In this document: positions 1 to 10,797 of the stretch, piece after piece
Layout of the letters: every line of letters starts with the position of its first letter
Position numbering within the stretch: the first letter of the stretch is position 1
Notes under the pieces: generated by a model
What the model saw: the letters and a program-made list of their open reading frames with translations, nothing else
The model's database searches: none
Told to the model about the DNA's origin: nothing
DNA from: Terriglobia bacterium
GTDB lineage: Bacteria; Acidobacteriota; Terriglobia; Acidiferrales; UBA7541
Reading direction: 5' to 3'
DNA length: 64,000 nucleotides
Assembly: GCA_020073605.1 (NCBI GenBank)
Contig: JAIQEW010000015.1
Coordinates: 10,231-74,230, forward strand
Position numbers and translations under genes: made by a program

Positions 1-725
1 GCTGGGTCAGCGACGGCAGCCTGGTCGAGAAGCTTCGTGCCGTGAAGGATGCCGGCGAGCTTGCCAAAATGAGCGAGGCTGCCAGACTCATCAGTAAGGT
101 ATTCAGACGGACCCTAGGCTCGATCAAGCCCGGCATAACCGAACTTGAGCTGGCGGCGAAGATCGAATACGGGATTAAGCATCTGGGGGGAGAGGGGTCA
201 TCGTTTGAGACGATCGTTGCGTCGGGCCCACGATCGGCCTGGGCGCACGCCCGGCCTACCTCCAAACCACTAAGGAAAAGGGAGTTGGTGGTCCTCGACC
301 AGGGTGCTATACTTTGCGGTTACTGTAGCGATATGACTCGCACCGTGTTTGTGGGTCGTGCGACACCGAGGGTTCGGGGCCTGTACGAGGCGGTCCTGGA
401 CGCTCAGCAGGCGGCGAAAGCCGTCATCCGGCCGGGAATCACCGCTGGCGACGTGGATAGGGCCGCGCGCCAAGTCTTGAAGCGATCGAATCTGGCCCGG
501 TACTTTACGCATAGCACAGGCCACGGGCTTGGCTTGGAAGTCCATGAAATGCCCCGGATTGGCAGGGGTGATCGAACGATTCTTCAGGAAGGTATGGTTC
601 TGACGGTGGAACCGGGCGTCTACCTCGAAGGTCTTGGGGGCATCCGCATCGAGGACGACGTCGTTGTAACGGCGAGGGGCGCCGTCGATTTGACTGACGC
701 TCCGCGCGAATTTCTCGAACTCTAA
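1..725 (+). CDS. M24-family Xaa-Pro aminopeptidase/dipeptidase, C-terminal part (5' end outside window)
   Basis: The frame is open from base 3 (..LRAVKDAGEL..). Metal-ligand motifs HSTGHGLGLEVHE and GGIRIEDDV match the pita-bread M24B fold. Confidence 0.85.
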   Translation, partial: WVSDGSLVEKLRAVKDAGELAKMSEAARLISKVFRRTLGSIKPGITELELAAKIEYGIKHLGGEGSSFETIVASGPRSAWAHARPTSKPLRKRELVVLDQGAILCGYCSDMTRTVFVGRATPRVRGLYEAVLDAQQAAKAVIRPGITAGDVDRAARQVLKRSNLARYFTHSTGHGLGLEVHEMPRIGRGDRTILQEGMVLTVEPGVYLEGLGGIRIEDDVVVTARGAVDLTDAPREFLEL

Positions 726-1247
726 ATGGCGAAAAAACCCAAGTCATCGGCAGGTGCAGGGACAGACGTTCGCGGTGTGGACCTCTCGGAAGTCGAACGC
801 CTCTTGGCGTTCATGCAGACGCATGGGCTCGAGGAGTTCGAATACCAGCGCGCAGGCGTCCACATCCGGCTGAAGAGAGCCTCTGCGCAGGCCGGCGGTG
901 TCCGTCCGGCGCCCCCTGCGGAGCACGCCGCAGCAGTGGCTCACGCAGCGGCTGCGGGAGTCCGGGAGCACGCCCCAGAGGCAGCGGAGGCCGCCGACGT
1001 GCACGTGGTTAAGTCCCCGATCGTGGGTACTTTCTACGCTGCACCGAGCCCCAATGCCGAACCCTTTGTCACCCTGGGTGCGAAAGTCGCGGCGGGTCAG
1101 GTGCTCTGCATCATCGAAGCGATGAAGTTGATGAATGAGATCGAATCGGACGTGGCGGGCGAAGTCGTGCGGATTTTCGCCGAAAATGGCAAGCCCGTTG
1201 AATACGGCGAGGCGCTCTTCGGCATTCGCACACAAGGGAAGAAGTAG
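726..1247 (+). CDS. accB: Acetyl-CoA carboxylase biotin carboxyl carrier protein
   Basis: Biotinyl-lysine motif [12 protein letters not shown], an Ala/Pro-rich linker, and a position directly upstream of accC. Confidence 0.9.
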   Translation: MAKKPKSSAGAGTDVRGVDLSEVERLLAFMQTHGLEEFEYQRAGVHIRLKRASAQAGGVRPAPPAEHAAAVAHAAAAGVREHAPEAAEAADVHVVKSPIVGTFYAAPSPNAEPFVTLGAKVAAGQVLCIIEAMKLMNEIESDVAGEVVRIFAENGKPVEYGEALFGIRTQGKK

Positions 1248-1318
1248 GCCCCCACGCCGTCCCGTATGAACGAGAATTCCCGGCCGTCCGCGCTCCATGC
1301 GGCTCGTGCTCCGAGGCT

Positions 1319-2668
1319 ATGTTCCGGAAAATCCTGATCGCGAATCGCGGCGAGATCGCCCTGCGCGTCTTGTCCGCCTGCAAAGAACTCGGAATCCCCA
1401 CCGTCGCCGTCTATTCGGAGGCGGATCGCCACGCCCTGCACGTCCGGTTCGCGGATGAGGCCATCTGCATCGGCCCTCCCCGCAGCAGCGAGAGCTACCT
1501 GAACATTCCCCAGGTAATCAGTGCCGCGGAAATCGCCAATGTGGACGCCATCCACCCCGGCTACGGATTCCTGTCGGAAAACGCCAATTTTGCCGAGGTA
1601 TGCGAGGCCTCGCACATCACCTTTATCGGGCCGTCTCCGGCGATGATCCGCATGATGGGCGAGAAGGATCGCGCGCGGGCCGAAATGGCCGCCGCCGGTC
1701 TCCCGGTGATCCCCGGCAGCGACGGAGTTGTAGCCGATGAAGCAGCGGCGAAGGCGGTTGCGGCTGAAATCGGACTTCCGCTGATGATCAAGGCAGCCGA
1801 AGGGGGCGGAGGGCGCGGCATGCGCATGGTGCGCACGAAGCGCGAGCTCGTCCCGGCGTTTCACACCGCTCGAGCCGAAGCCGAACAGGCCTTCGGCAGT
1901 CCGAATGTGTACATGGAGAGGCTGATCGAGCGGCCCCGGCACATCGAGTTCCAGGTACTGGGCGACAAGCACGGCAACATGGTTCACCTAGGCGAGCGCG
2001 AATGTTCACTCCAGCGCCGCCATCAAAAAGTCCTAGAAGAGTCTCCGTCGCCCGCTGTCGACGCAGCCACTCGCGAGCGCATTGGAAAGCAGGTCGTCGA
2101 AGCCCTGCGTAAAGTGGGCTACTCCAATGCGGGCACGGTCGAGTTCCTGCGCGACGCGTCGGGGAATCTCTACTTTATCGAAATGAACGCTCGAATTCAG
2201 GTGGAGCATCCGGTGACGGAAATGGTGATGATGGTAGACCTCGTGAAGGCGCAGATCCGTATCGCGGCCGGCGAACGCTTGGAGGATGCTATTGGCCCAT
2301 TCCAGCCGCGCGGCCACGCCATCGAATGCCGCATCAACGCCGAGGACCCCGAGACCTTCGTGCCCTCGCCCGGGCGGATCACGGCGTTTCGCGTTCCGGG
2401 CGGGCCGGGGATTCGCGTCGATACCGCCGCATATGCCGATGCCGTCGTTCCGCCGTATTACGACTCCCTGGTCGCCAAGCTCGTGGCTCATGGGCGCGAC
2501 CGCGCGGAAGCCATCGCGCGCATGCACGGCGCTTTGGATGGATTCGTCGTCGAAGGCATCAAGACCACGATCCCGTTGCACAAGCGGATCCTCGCCGAGC
2601 CGGATTTCATCGCCGGGAAATTCGACACACATTTCCTCGAGCATCTCACCGCCACGCACGGGAAGTAG
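1319..2668 (+). CDS. accC: Acetyl-CoA carboxylase biotin carboxylase subunit
   Basis: 449 aa with the N-terminus [14 protein letters not shown]-grasp glycine loop GGGGRGMR, and [14 protein letters not shown]. Confidence 0.95.
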   Translation: MFRKILIANRGEIALRVLSACKELGIPTVAVYSEADRHALHVRFADEAICIGPPRSSESYLNIPQVISAAEIANVDAIHPGYGFLSENANFAEVCEASHITFIGPSPAMIRMMGEKDRARAEMAAAGLPVIPGSDGVVADEAAAKAVAAEIGLPLMIKAAEGGGGRGMRMVRTKRELVPAFHTARAEAEQAFGSPNVYMERLIERPRHIEFQVLGDKHGNMVHLGERECSLQRRHQKVLEESPSPAVDAATRERIGKQVVEALRKVGYSNAGTVEFLRDASGNLYFIEMNARIQVEHPVTEMVMMVDLVKAQIRIAAGERLEDAIGPFQPRGHAIECRINAEDPETFVPSPGRITAFRVPGGPGIRVDTAAYADAVVPPYYDSLVAKLVAHGRDRAEAIARMHGALDGFVVEGIKTTIPLHKRILAEPDFIAGKFDTHFLEHLTATHGK

Positions 2669-2706
2669 TATCCTGTCGCCCGGGTTCATTCATCGTTAGC
2701 GTTCCA

Positions 2707-3354
2707 ATGGGGAGATTCGACTTGTTCCCGGCTCTTTACGCAATCCTCGACCCTGCACTGGCGCGCTCTCCGCTAGTGTCCTTGGCGGAAGCCCTTGCCG
2801 GCGCAGGCGTGCAATTGATTCAGCTCCGCGACAAATCCTCGAACGCCCGCCAGCTCCACTCTGAAGCGAGGGATTTAGCAGCGGCTCTCTCGTCCCGCGG
2901 GGTGCGAGTGATCGTGAACGACCGTCCCGACGTCGCCGCGATCGTCGGCGCCGGCGGCGTCCACGTCGGCCAGGAAGATTTGCCGGTTGAGGAAGCGCGC
3001 AAGATCTGCCGGCCGCCGCTCTGGGTGGGTGTTTCGACACACAATATCGAGCAATTGCGCGAGGCCGTTCGCACTTCGGCGGATTATATTGCCGTGGGGC
3101 CTATCTTCCCGACGGCCACAAAAGAGAATCCCGATCCAGTGGTCGGCACCGATCTTCTGCGCGAGGCGCGCCGTATGACGAGCAAGCCGCTCGTCGCCAT
3201 CGGCGGCATCACGCTCGGCCGCGCCGAAGAGGTATTTCGCTCCGGAGCGGACTCGGTCGCCGTGATCGGAGATCTTCTATCGGCTCCCGATCCGGCGGGT
3301 CGTGCGCGCGAGTATCTGGCCGTCGCCGCTCGCGTGCTCCCGGCGCGCACCTGA
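2707..3354 (+). CDS. thiE: Thiamine-phosphate synthase
   Basis: Start taken at ATG 2707 (MGRFDLFPALYAILD). Motifs GVHVGQEDLP and AVGPIFPT are present. The longer ORF from 2326 is an Arg-rich overlap with accC. Confidence 0.85.
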   Translation: MGRFDLFPALYAILDPALARSPLVSLAEALAGAGVQLIQLRDKSSNARQLHSEARDLAAALSSRGVRVIVNDRPDVAAIVGAGGVHVGQEDLPVEEARKICRPPLWVGVSTHNIEQLREAVRTSADYIAVGPIFPTATKENPDPVVGTDLLREARRMTSKPLVAIGGITLGRAEEVFRSGADSVAVIGDLLSAPDPAGRAREYLAVAARVLPART

Positions 3355-3364
3355 AAGCAGGAAA

Positions 3365-4903
3365 ATGGCAGAACGCGTCCAGAAAATCGGATCGGCGGCC
3401 ACCGGCTCTTCCGGTGAGCTGGTGAAGGGCCTCGGCCTGTTCGATTCCACGATGATCGTCGTTGGGTCGATGATCGGGTCGGGGATCTTCATCGTCTCGG
3501 CGGACATTTCCCACCAAGTGCAGAGTCCCGGCTTGCTGCTCGTCGTCTGGCTCGCCTCGGGGCTCATGACGCTCATCGGCGCGCTTAGCTTCGGCGAGCT
3601 GTCGGCGGCGATGCCTCATGCCGGCGGCCAGTATGTGTATCTCCGCGAATCGCTCGGCGAGGTCTGGGGATTTCTGTATGGCTGGACCATGCTCACGGTC
3701 ATTCAAACGGCCACCATCGCCGCGGTGGCCATCGCGTTCGCCAAGTTCACGGGCGTGCTTGCGCCGGGGATTTCTGCGTCACACTGGATCTGGAAAATTG
3801 GCACGCTGGGTCCGTGGAAACTCTGGTTCGGCGAGCTTGGCCCTTACAACGTGGGCCTGAATCGCCAGAGTCTCGTCGCGATTCTCTCCATTGTTTTTCT
3901 CACGTGGGTGAATACGCGAGGCCTGCGTCTCGGCAAAATCGTGCAGAACGTATTCACCGTTGCAAAGACCGCCTCGCTCGCCGGGCTAGTGGTGCTCGGC
4001 TTCTTGTTCTCCACAGCCATCGCCCGCAGCGGGAATTTCACGGGCTTTTGGCGCAACGCGGGATGGTCGGTGATGCATCCGTATCCGCCGGACGGCCCGA
4101 CGTGGATGGTTGGCACGCTCACCCTGGTCGGCGTGGCGATGGTCGGCTCGCTCTTCGCCATGGACGCGTGGAACAGCGTCACGTTCACCGCCGCCGAGGT
4201 GAAGAATCCAAATCGCAACTTACCTCTTTCGCTCGCCCTCGGCTCGGGAATCGTCATTCTGCTCTACACGCTCGCGAACCTTGCCTATCTCCGAGTCTTG
4301 CCGCTATCTGGCGAGGCTCACGGCGCCACGGCGCTCGCTCGGGGTATCGAGTTCGCTTCCGAAGGCCGCGTGGCCACCGCGCTTGCCGAGGTGATCTTCG
4401 GTCCCGCGGGCGCGATTGTGATGGCGCTTGCGATTCTCGTCTCTACGTTTGGCTGCAACAACGGCCTGATCCTTTCCGGTGCTCGCATCTATTACGCGAT
4501 GGCGAAAGACGGCCTCTTTTTCCGCTCCGTGGGCACGGTAAATCGGAACCACGTTCCCGCGGTGGCGCTCGTAGCCCAGTGCGTGTGGGCTTCGGCTCTC
4601 TGCCTCTCCGGCACCTACGGGCAATTGCTCGATTTCCTTATTTTCGCGCAGGTGCTTTTCTACATCCTCACCCTCCTCGGTCTTTTCGTGCTCCGCGTAA
4701 AGCGTCCGGGGATGGAGCGCCCCTATCGCTGCTTCGGTTATCCATTCTTGCCGGCTCTCTACCTCGTCATGGCTGCCTTCCTAGAAATCCAGTTATTGCG
4801 GTATAAACCACAGTACACTTGGCCCGGTCTGATCATCGTTGTGCTCGGTCTGCCGGTGTACGTGCTCTGGAAGTGGGCAGGGAAGTCGCCTGCCAAGACG
4901 TAA
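3365..4903 (+). CDS. APC-superfamily amino acid permease
   Basis: About 12 hydrophobic segments. N-terminal motif GLFDSTMIVVGSMIGSGIF. Start chosen at MAERVQK (ATG 3365). Confidence 0.85.
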   Translation: MAERVQKIGSAATGSSGELVKGLGLFDSTMIVVGSMIGSGIFIVSADISHQVQSPGLLLVVWLASGLMTLIGALSFGELSAAMPHAGGQYVYLRESLGEVWGFLYGWTMLTVIQTATIAAVAIAFAKFTGVLAPGISASHWIWKIGTLGPWKLWFGELGPYNVGLNRQSLVAILSIVFLTWVNTRGLRLGKIVQNVFTVAKTASLAGLVVLGFLFSTAIARSGNFTGFWRNAGWSVMHPYPPDGPTWMVGTLTLVGVAMVGSLFAMDAWNSVTFTAAEVKNPNRNLPLSLALGSGIVILLYTLANLAYLRVLPLSGEAHGATALARGIEFASEGRVATALAEVIFGPAGAIVMALAILVSTFGCNNGLILSGARIYYAMAKDGLFFRSVGTVNRNHVPAVALVAQCVWASALCLSGTYGQLLDFLIFAQVLFYILTLLGLFVLRVKRPGMERPYRCFGYPFLPALYLVMAAFLEIQLLRYKPQYTWPGLIIVVLGLPVYVLWKWAGKSPAKT

Positions 4904-4955
4904 CGGCAGACTGCCTGTGGCATTGCCGGCTCCAATCTTGGGAGGAAAAGCCTGA

Positions 4956-6497
4956 ATGGGCAATCAACTGTTTGCCACGAAGCCGTTGAACCGAATCATG
5001 GCGGAAGCGGAGGACGTGGGCGAAGCGTCGTTGCGCCGGGCACTGGGACCGATCAACCTGGTCACGCTCGGCATCGGAGCGATCATCGGCGCCGGCATCT
5101 TCGTGCTGACGGGCCACGCCGCGGCGCAAAGCGCGGGTCCGGCCATCGTGGTGTCGTTCGTGCTTTCCGGCATCATCTGCGCGTTCGCCGGCCTCTGCTA
5201 TGCGGAATTTGCATCGCTCATCCCGATCGCCGGCTCGGCCTACACGTACGGATACGCGACCCTCGGAGAAATTTTCGCCTGGATCATCGGCTGGGACCTG
5301 ATTCTCGAGTACGCGTTTGGCGCGGCGACGGTCGCCTCGGGCTGGAGCGGCTACTTTGTCAGCCTGCTCGACGATCTTGGACTGCACATCAATCCCAAGT
5401 GGATCACGACGCCTGGAACTCAGATGGTTTTCTACAAGGGCCACTGGTCGGAGCTCGACGCCGTCCAGCAGACGCTCTCTGCCGCTGGCGTCAATGCCGC
5501 GGCGCTTCCACACGCCGTCGGAGCCTTCAATCTGGTCGCGTTTCTCGCCATCGCCGTCGTCACTTTCATACTGATCGTCGGCATTCAGGAATCGGCCAAT
5601 TTCAATTCCGCGATCGTGATCGTGAAAGTCGCCATCGTGGGGATCTTCATCGCCATCGCGGGTGCCTTTGTCCTGCACCATCCATCGCTCGCCGCCTCGA
5701 ATTGGACTCCCTTCATCCCGGCGAACACGGGAAAGTTCGGAGACTTTGGCCTATCAGGGGTCGCCCGCGGCGCGGCCGTGATCTTTTTCGCGTACATCGG
5801 CTTCGATGCGGTCTCGACGGCCGCACAGGAGGCCAAGAATCCCCAGAAGGACATGCCGATCGGCATCATCGGATCCCTCGTGATCTGCACGGTTCTGTAC
5901 ATTTTGGTCTCGGGTCTTCTGACGGCCATGGTTCCTTACAGGGACCTGAACGTATCCGCTCCCGTCGCCGTTGCCATCGACGCCACCGGCGTGCGCTGGG
6001 GCAGCCTGCTCGTGAAGGCGGGTGCCGTGGCTGGACTGGGCAGCGTCATGCTCGTGATGTTGCTCGGCCAGTCGCGCGTGTTCTATTCGATGTCCCGCGA
6101 CGGGCTCTTGCCCAAGTGGGCGGGAGCGATTCATTCCCGGTTTCGCACCCCTTGGATTTCCTCGATCGTCGTCGGAGTCTGCGTCGCCATCTTCGCGTCG
6201 TTCATCCCGATCGGCGACCTCGCGGTCCTGGTGAACATAGGGACTTTGCTGGCGTTCGTCATAGTCTGCGCCGGCGTGTGGATCTTGCGGTGGAAGCGGC
6301 CCGAGCTTCCACGGCCGTTTAAGACGCCGCTGGTGCCGCTCGTGCCGATTCTGGGGATTCTCACGTCGCTTGCCGCCATGCTCAGCCTTCCCGCGAAAAC
6401 ATGGTGGAGGCTGTTCATCTGGCTCGCGATTGGTCTCGTCGTGTACGCCTTCTACGGCCGGACGCACAGCAAGGTGCGGAACTCGGCTCCCCGGTAA
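4956..6497 (+). CDS. APC-superfamily amino acid permease (cationic amino acid transporter-like)
   Basis: 513 aa polytopic protein with LVTLGIGAIIGAGIFVLTG and FAYIGFDAVSTAAQEAKNPQKDMP, typical of the CAT/YhdG subfamily. Confidence 0.85.
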   Translation: MGNQLFATKPLNRIMAEAEDVGEASLRRALGPINLVTLGIGAIIGAGIFVLTGHAAAQSAGPAIVVSFVLSGIICAFAGLCYAEFASLIPIAGSAYTYGYATLGEIFAWIIGWDLILEYAFGAATVASGWSGYFVSLLDDLGLHINPKWITTPGTQMVFYKGHWSELDAVQQTLSAAGVNAAALPHAVGAFNLVAFLAIAVVTFILIVGIQESANFNSAIVIVKVAIVGIFIAIAGAFVLHHPSLAASNWTPFIPANTGKFGDFGLSGVARGAAVIFFAYIGFDAVSTAAQEAKNPQKDMPIGIIGSLVICTVLYILVSGLLTAMVPYRDLNVSAPVAVAIDATGVRWGSLLVKAGAVAGLGSVMLVMLLGQSRVFYSMSRDGLLPKWAGAIHSRFRTPWISSIVVGVCVAIFASFIPIGDLAVLVNIGTLLAFVIVCAGVWILRWKRPELPRPFKTPLVPLVPILGILTSLAAMLSLPAKTWWRLFIWLAIGLVVYAFYGRTHSKVRNSAPR

Positions 6498-6527
6498 CGT
6501 TCCGTGACATAATCCCGGCTTCCGGCT

Positions 6528-8522
6528 ATGAGCCACTTCTCGCCTCGCCGATTTGTGCTATTTCTGCGGCGAACCTCGCCGATGGACCGAATCGCCCTGG
6601 CGATTCTCGCCGTGTATGTTGCGTACCGGATTGCCCGGTCTGCGGGTGCAGTCTTGCCGTTCTCCACCTTGGTCGGACTTCTCGGTTTTGCCGCGCTTGC
6701 CTATTTTGTCGTCCGGTTGGTTCCCTGGTTTCGAATGCGGGTTCTCTGGAGCCTGCGTAACCGCCTGATCGCGGCGTACGTTTTCATGGCCGTCGTCCCG
6801 GTCATGCTGCTGATGATCATGATTGGGCTCGGGTTCTATCTCTTCTATCTGCAACTCGGCGCGCACCTCCTGCAGGACGCGGTTCAAGCGCATGTCAATA
6901 CGATCCGCGCCGATGCGGATACGATCGCGGGAGCGATTGAACGCGAGACGGCTCCGTCTGCCACCCCGGTCGGCCCCGGCGTGCTCAACAGTTCCACTAT
7001 CGCGGGCTTGGTTTCCGGCGAGCAAGCCAATTGGCCGGGCCTCACCGTGTCCGTGAATCGCGGACAGCCCCTTTTGGCGACATCGGGCGGGCAGCGCTAC
7101 GCGGGCCTCGTGGAGTATCAGGGCAGGCTTTCGTTTGTTTCCGCGCAGCGCCGGAGCGTTCCCGCCGGCCCCTTTACGGTGCTCGTGATTGCGCCCCTAA
7201 CCCCCGCCCTCCTCGATGAATTTCCTGAGGTGCTTGGACCCATCCAGTTGATCCTGATGGAGCCCGCCGGGGGCTCGACCACTGGAAGGCTTGCCCTGGA
7301 TATCGACGGACACCTTTACGCGACGGGCGAGCAAATTGCCAGCACTCGCCGCAGTTTGCCTCCTCCCACCAGCTGGCTCGATGTGCGCTTTCAGGGCGGC
7401 TCCACGTTTAAGGTGTTCCACGTCGAACCTGGAAAGGACGAGCCCGAGGCGCCCGTGCTGGCCTCTTTCTGGGTGCGTCCGCTGACGATCAACGGGAATC
7501 TCTTCAAATCCGTCGGGGCGCTCGGCCCGTATCTCATTGTCGGCATCATCGTCGCGGCGGCAATATTTCTGGTGCTGGAAGTGGCGGTGCTGGCCACAGG
7601 TTGGTTGCTGACGCGCACCATCACCCGCTCGATTGCGGATCTCTATGACGGCACGTTGCACGTCCGCCGCGGCGATTTCAGCCACCGCGTCCGCGTGACG
7701 CAACGCGACCAGCTCGGCGCGCTCGGCGAATCGTTCAACGAGATGACCAGCTCCATCTCCGAACTGATCGAGGAGCAGCGGGAGAGGCAGCGCCTTGAAA
7801 ACGAAGTCTCGATCGCGCGCGAAGTCCAGCAGCAGCTTTTTCCGCATACTCTGCCGTCGGTTCCAGGCCTGGAGCTTGGCGCCATCTGCCGGCCCGCGCG
7901 GGTCGTCAGCGGCGATTACTACGACTTCATCTCCCTCGGCCCCACGCGCGTCGGCATCGCTCTGGCCGACATCAGCGGGAAGGGAATTTTCGCCTCGCTC
8001 CTGATGGCCAGCCTCCAGGCGGCTCTCCGCAGCGCGGCCACGCTGGATGCGCAAAGTGGCACGGCCGAGATCGTCTCGCGCGTGAACCGGCATCTCTTCA
8101 GCAACACGAGCGACGACCGCTATGCGACGCTTTTCTACGCGGTCTATGATTCGCGCGAAAAGACGCTCACGTACACCAACGCCGGCCATCTTCCTCCATT
8201 CTTTCTCACGGACGGCCGCGTCGAAAAGCTCGATCAGGGTGGGACGGTGGTCGGCCTCTTTGACGACGCGCGCTACGCTGAATGTACTCGTAAGGTTGAG
8301 CCCGGGAGTCTCCTGGTGGCTTTCAGCGACGGTCTTACCGAGCCCGAGAGTGTCTACGGTGAGGAATTCGGGATCGAGAGGCTGAAGGCGGAAGTCGTGC
8401 GCCGGCGCGGCGCGCAGGCCACGCAGCTTGCCGAAGGCCTGATCGCCGCGACGGAGCAGTGGGCCGGCACCCCCGAGCAGGCCGACGACGTCACCGTTGT
8501 CGTGGCCCGGATGGGTCTGTAG
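6528..8522 (+). CDS. Membrane sensor PP2C-type (SpoIIE/RsbU-like) serine phosphatase with HAMP domain
   Basis: N-terminal TM helices and a periplasmic-like loop. HAMP segment (..RSIADLYDGTLHVRRGDFSHRV..LGESFNEMT..). PP2C motifs VSGDYYDF, DISGKG and TDGLTE. Confidence 0.8.
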   Translation: MSHFSPRRFVLFLRRTSPMDRIALAILAVYVAYRIARSAGAVLPFSTLVGLLGFAALAYFVVRLVPWFRMRVLWSLRNRLIAAYVFMAVVPVMLLMIMIGLGFYLFYLQLGAHLLQDAVQAHVNTIRADADTIAGAIERETAPSATPVGPGVLNSSTIAGLVSGEQANWPGLTVSVNRGQPLLATSGGQRYAGLVEYQGRLSFVSAQRRSVPAGPFTVLVIAPLTPALLDEFPEVLGPIQLILMEPAGGSTTGRLALDIDGHLYATGEQIASTRRSLPPPTSWLDVRFQGGSTFKVFHVEPGKDEPEAPVLASFWVRPLTINGNLFKSVGALGPYLIVGIIVAAAIFLVLEVAVLATGWLLTRTITRSIADLYDGTLHVRRGDFSHRVRVTQRDQLGALGESFNEMTSSISELIEEQRERQRLENEVSIAREVQQQLFPHTLPSVPGLELGAICRPARVVSGDYYDFISLGPTRVGIALADISGKGIFASLLMASLQAALRSAATLDAQSGTAEIVSRVNRHLFSNTSDDRYATLFYAVYDSREKTLTYTNAGHLPPFFLTDGRVEKLDQGGTVVGLFDDARYAECTRKVEPGSLLVAFSDGLTEPESVYGEEFGIERLKAEVVRRRGAQATQLAEGLIAATEQWAGTPEQADDVTVVVARMGL

Positions 8523-8584
8523 AGGGATGCGGGAGTTATACTGGCTCGATGTCGAGAGTCCAGCGAGGCCGTGAATCGTAAGCC

Positions 8585-10177
8585 ATGAAAATTCTGACCG
8601 CCGCCGAAATGAGAGAAGTGGACCGGCTCTCCACCGAGCGCCATGGGGTTCCGAGCTTGGACCTCATGGAAAACGCCGGCAGGAGCGTCGCGGAGTTCAT
8701 CCATTCACGATTCCCCGATTTTGCGCGGCGCCACATCGTGGTCATCTGTGGCAAGGGCAACAACGGCGGGGACGGCTTCGTCGTCGCGCGCCACCTGCTG
8801 AAAATGGGCGCGAAGCCATCGCTCTATCTCATCGGTGATGCGCAGGAAGTGAAAGGCGACGCTGCAACGAATCTGAAGCGGTGGAAGAATGCCTCCGGTA
8901 AGACCCATGTGATTCGGGAGCAGAGCGAGTGGCAAGCCGCGAAGGGAACTTTTGCCACCGCCGATATCGTGGTGGACGCGCTGCTCGGCACGGGTGTTCG
9001 CGGTCCTGTCGAAGGCCTTCTCGGCGAAGTTATCGACGACGTGAATCGCGTCGGGCGCCCGGTGCGCTCGGTGGTCATTGCAGTGGACATTCCTTCCGGC
9101 CTGCCCGCGGATTCAGGTGCCATCCAGGGCGCGGTGGTTCAAGCCGACTACACGGTCACGTTCACGGCCCCGAAGCCGGGCATGGTTTCCGGAGACGGCG
9201 CACCGCGCTGCGGCCAGATTGTCGTTCGGGAGATTGGGTCGCCTCCCGAGTTGATCGAAGAGATCGGGAAGGGCACGCTGCGGTGGCTGGATGCAGGAGA
9301 GGTCGGCGTCTTCGGCATGCCGCGCGAGTCGGAAGGGCACAAGGGTGACTACGGCCATGTCCTGATCGTCGCGGGCTCCGTCGGAAAGAGCGGAGCGGCG
9401 GTCCTCGCCTCGTGGGCCGCCATTCGTGCGGGAGCTGGACTTGTGACGGTGGCTACGCCCGCCCCGGTGCTTCCCATGATCGCGGCTCACACTCCGGAAG
9501 TGATGACCGAGCCGCTGCCTGCCACCGACTCTGGCAGCATTTCGTTCGGCGGCCTCGATCAAACCAAGTTTGAAGCCACTTTAAAAGGGAAGCGCGTCCT
9601 CGCCATGGGTCCGGGCCTCTCGACACACAACGACACGCAGCGATTCGTCCGCGCCGTGGTTGGCAAGCGGCTGGTCCCTATCATTCTGGACGCGGATGGA
9701 TTGAACGCTTTTGCCGGGCGCGCCCGGGATTTGAAGCACGCCACCGATGTCATTTGCGTGACGCCCCACCCGGGCGAAATGGCGCGCCTCCTCGAATGCA
9801 CATCGAGGGAGGTGCAAGCTCGGCGCGTCGAGCTTGCGCGCAGGGCCGCCACGGATTGGAACGCGATTGTCATTCTGAAGGGCCATGGGACCGTCATCGC
9901 TGCGCCGGACGGAAATGCGTTCGTCAACTCCACCGGCAATGCCGGGATGGCCACTGGAGGTACCGGGGACGTCCTCACCGGCATCCTCGCCGCGGTCACG
10001 GCGCAGTTTGGGGTGACGCCCTGGTGGCGAGTCCTCGCCTTCGGCGTGTACCTTCACGGCCTCGCCGGCGACATTGCCTATGCCGATAGCGGCGGGGCGC
10101 CGCTGATGGCCTCCGATTTGATTTACGCCATTCCCCGCGCCTACCAGCAATTCTATGCCGCGTGCAGCCGTGCCTAG
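8585..10177 (+). CDS. nnr: Bifunctional NAD(P)H-hydrate epimerase / ADP-dependent dehydratase
   Basis: YjeF N-terminal domain (MKILTAAEMREVD.., CGKGNNGGDG) fused to a carbohydrate-kinase-like C-terminal domain (GDYGHVLIVAGS.., GTGDVLTGI). Confidence 0.9.
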   Translation: MKILTAAEMREVDRLSTERHGVPSLDLMENAGRSVAEFIHSRFPDFARRHIVVICGKGNNGGDGFVVARHLLKMGAKPSLYLIGDAQEVKGDAATNLKRWKNASGKTHVIREQSEWQAAKGTFATADIVVDALLGTGVRGPVEGLLGEVIDDVNRVGRPVRSVVIAVDIPSGLPADSGAIQGAVVQADYTVTFTAPKPGMVSGDGAPRCGQIVVREIGSPPELIEEIGKGTLRWLDAGEVGVFGMPRESEGHKGDYGHVLIVAGSVGKSGAAVLASWAAIRAGAGLVTVATPAPVLPMIAAHTPEVMTEPLPATDSGSISFGGLDQTKFEATLKGKRVLAMGPGLSTHNDTQRFVRAVVGKRLVPIILDADGLNAFAGRARDLKHATDVICVTPHPGEMARLLECTSREVQARRVELARRAATDWNAIVILKGHGTVIAAPDGNAFVNSTGNAGMATGGTGDVLTGILAAVTAQFGVTPWWRVLAFGVYLHGLAGDIAYADSGGAPLMASDLIYAIPRAYQQFYAACSRA

Positions 10178-10619
10178 GCGCGAGATCGTCACACACTCCT
10201 CGGAAGAAACGATCCAGCTTGGGCGTGAAATCGGTGCGCAGTTGAAGCCCCCTGCGTTGATCCTGTTGTCAGGCGATCTCGGGGCAGGGAAGACGACGCT
10301 CACGAAGGGAATCGCGACCGGCTTGGGCGCCGCCGCGGAAGAGGATGTGACCAGCCCCACCTTCACGCTCGTACACAAGTACGACGGCAGCACTCGCGTC
10401 TACCACGTGGATCTCTATCGCATAGGGGACATCCACGATCTCGAAACGCTCGGCCTCGAGGACGTTTTCGCGGAAAAGGCCGTGGTCATCGTCGAGTGGC
10501 CCGAAAAGTTTGCGATTCGCACGGATTGGCCCATCGTGAACATCCACCTCGAACACGTCTCCGAAGATATCCGCCGGATCTCCATCGACGACCCGGCGGA
10601 GGTTCTATCCTCGAGCTGA
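10155..10619 (+). CDS. tsaE: tRNA t6A biosynthesis ATPase TsaE
   Basis: 154 aa with P-loop GDLGAGKTTLTKG and the YHVDLYR motif. Overlaps the nnr stop. Confidence 0.85.
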   Translation: MPRAAVPRREIVTHSSEETIQLGREIGAQLKPPALILLSGDLGAGKTTLTKGIATGLGAAAEEDVTSPTFTLVHKYDGSTRVYHVDLYRIGDIHDLETLGLEDVFAEKAVVIVEWPEKFAIRTDWPIVNIHLEHVSEDIRRISIDDPAEVLSSS

Positions 10620-10667
10620 AATTGAATTGTCCGATGTAACAGGTTGCTGAAAAAGTCCCTGCGTGCG

Positions 10668-10730
10668 GAAGGGCGGGGTTTTAACCCCGCCGTAACCCAC
10701 GTGCGTTCTTCAGGGGTTTCAACCCCTGAA
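10668..10730. repeat. REP-like double hairpin (GGGCGGGG-loop-CCCCGCC plus TCAGGGG-loop-CCCCTGA) between convergent tsaE and fabI
   Basis: Perfect inverted repeats were read directly at 10671-10691 and 10710-10729. The element may also act as a bidirectional terminator. Confidence 0.7.
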
Positions 10731-10797
10731 GTCCGGCGTTGAGTGTTTCAGCACCCTGGTAAGGCCGGGCAAAGCGAAGCGCCAGCTGCCGCTCCCG

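Noticed and set aside
2326-2706. N-terminal 127-aa extension of thiE (and the analogous 25079-25492 extension of hemA, 3302-3364 of the permease, 20582-20833 of the TPR gene and 22018-22143 of hemY)
   Set aside because: The extensions overlap the preceding genes, are Arg/Pro-rich, and precede internal ATG or GTG codons that give canonical N-termini.
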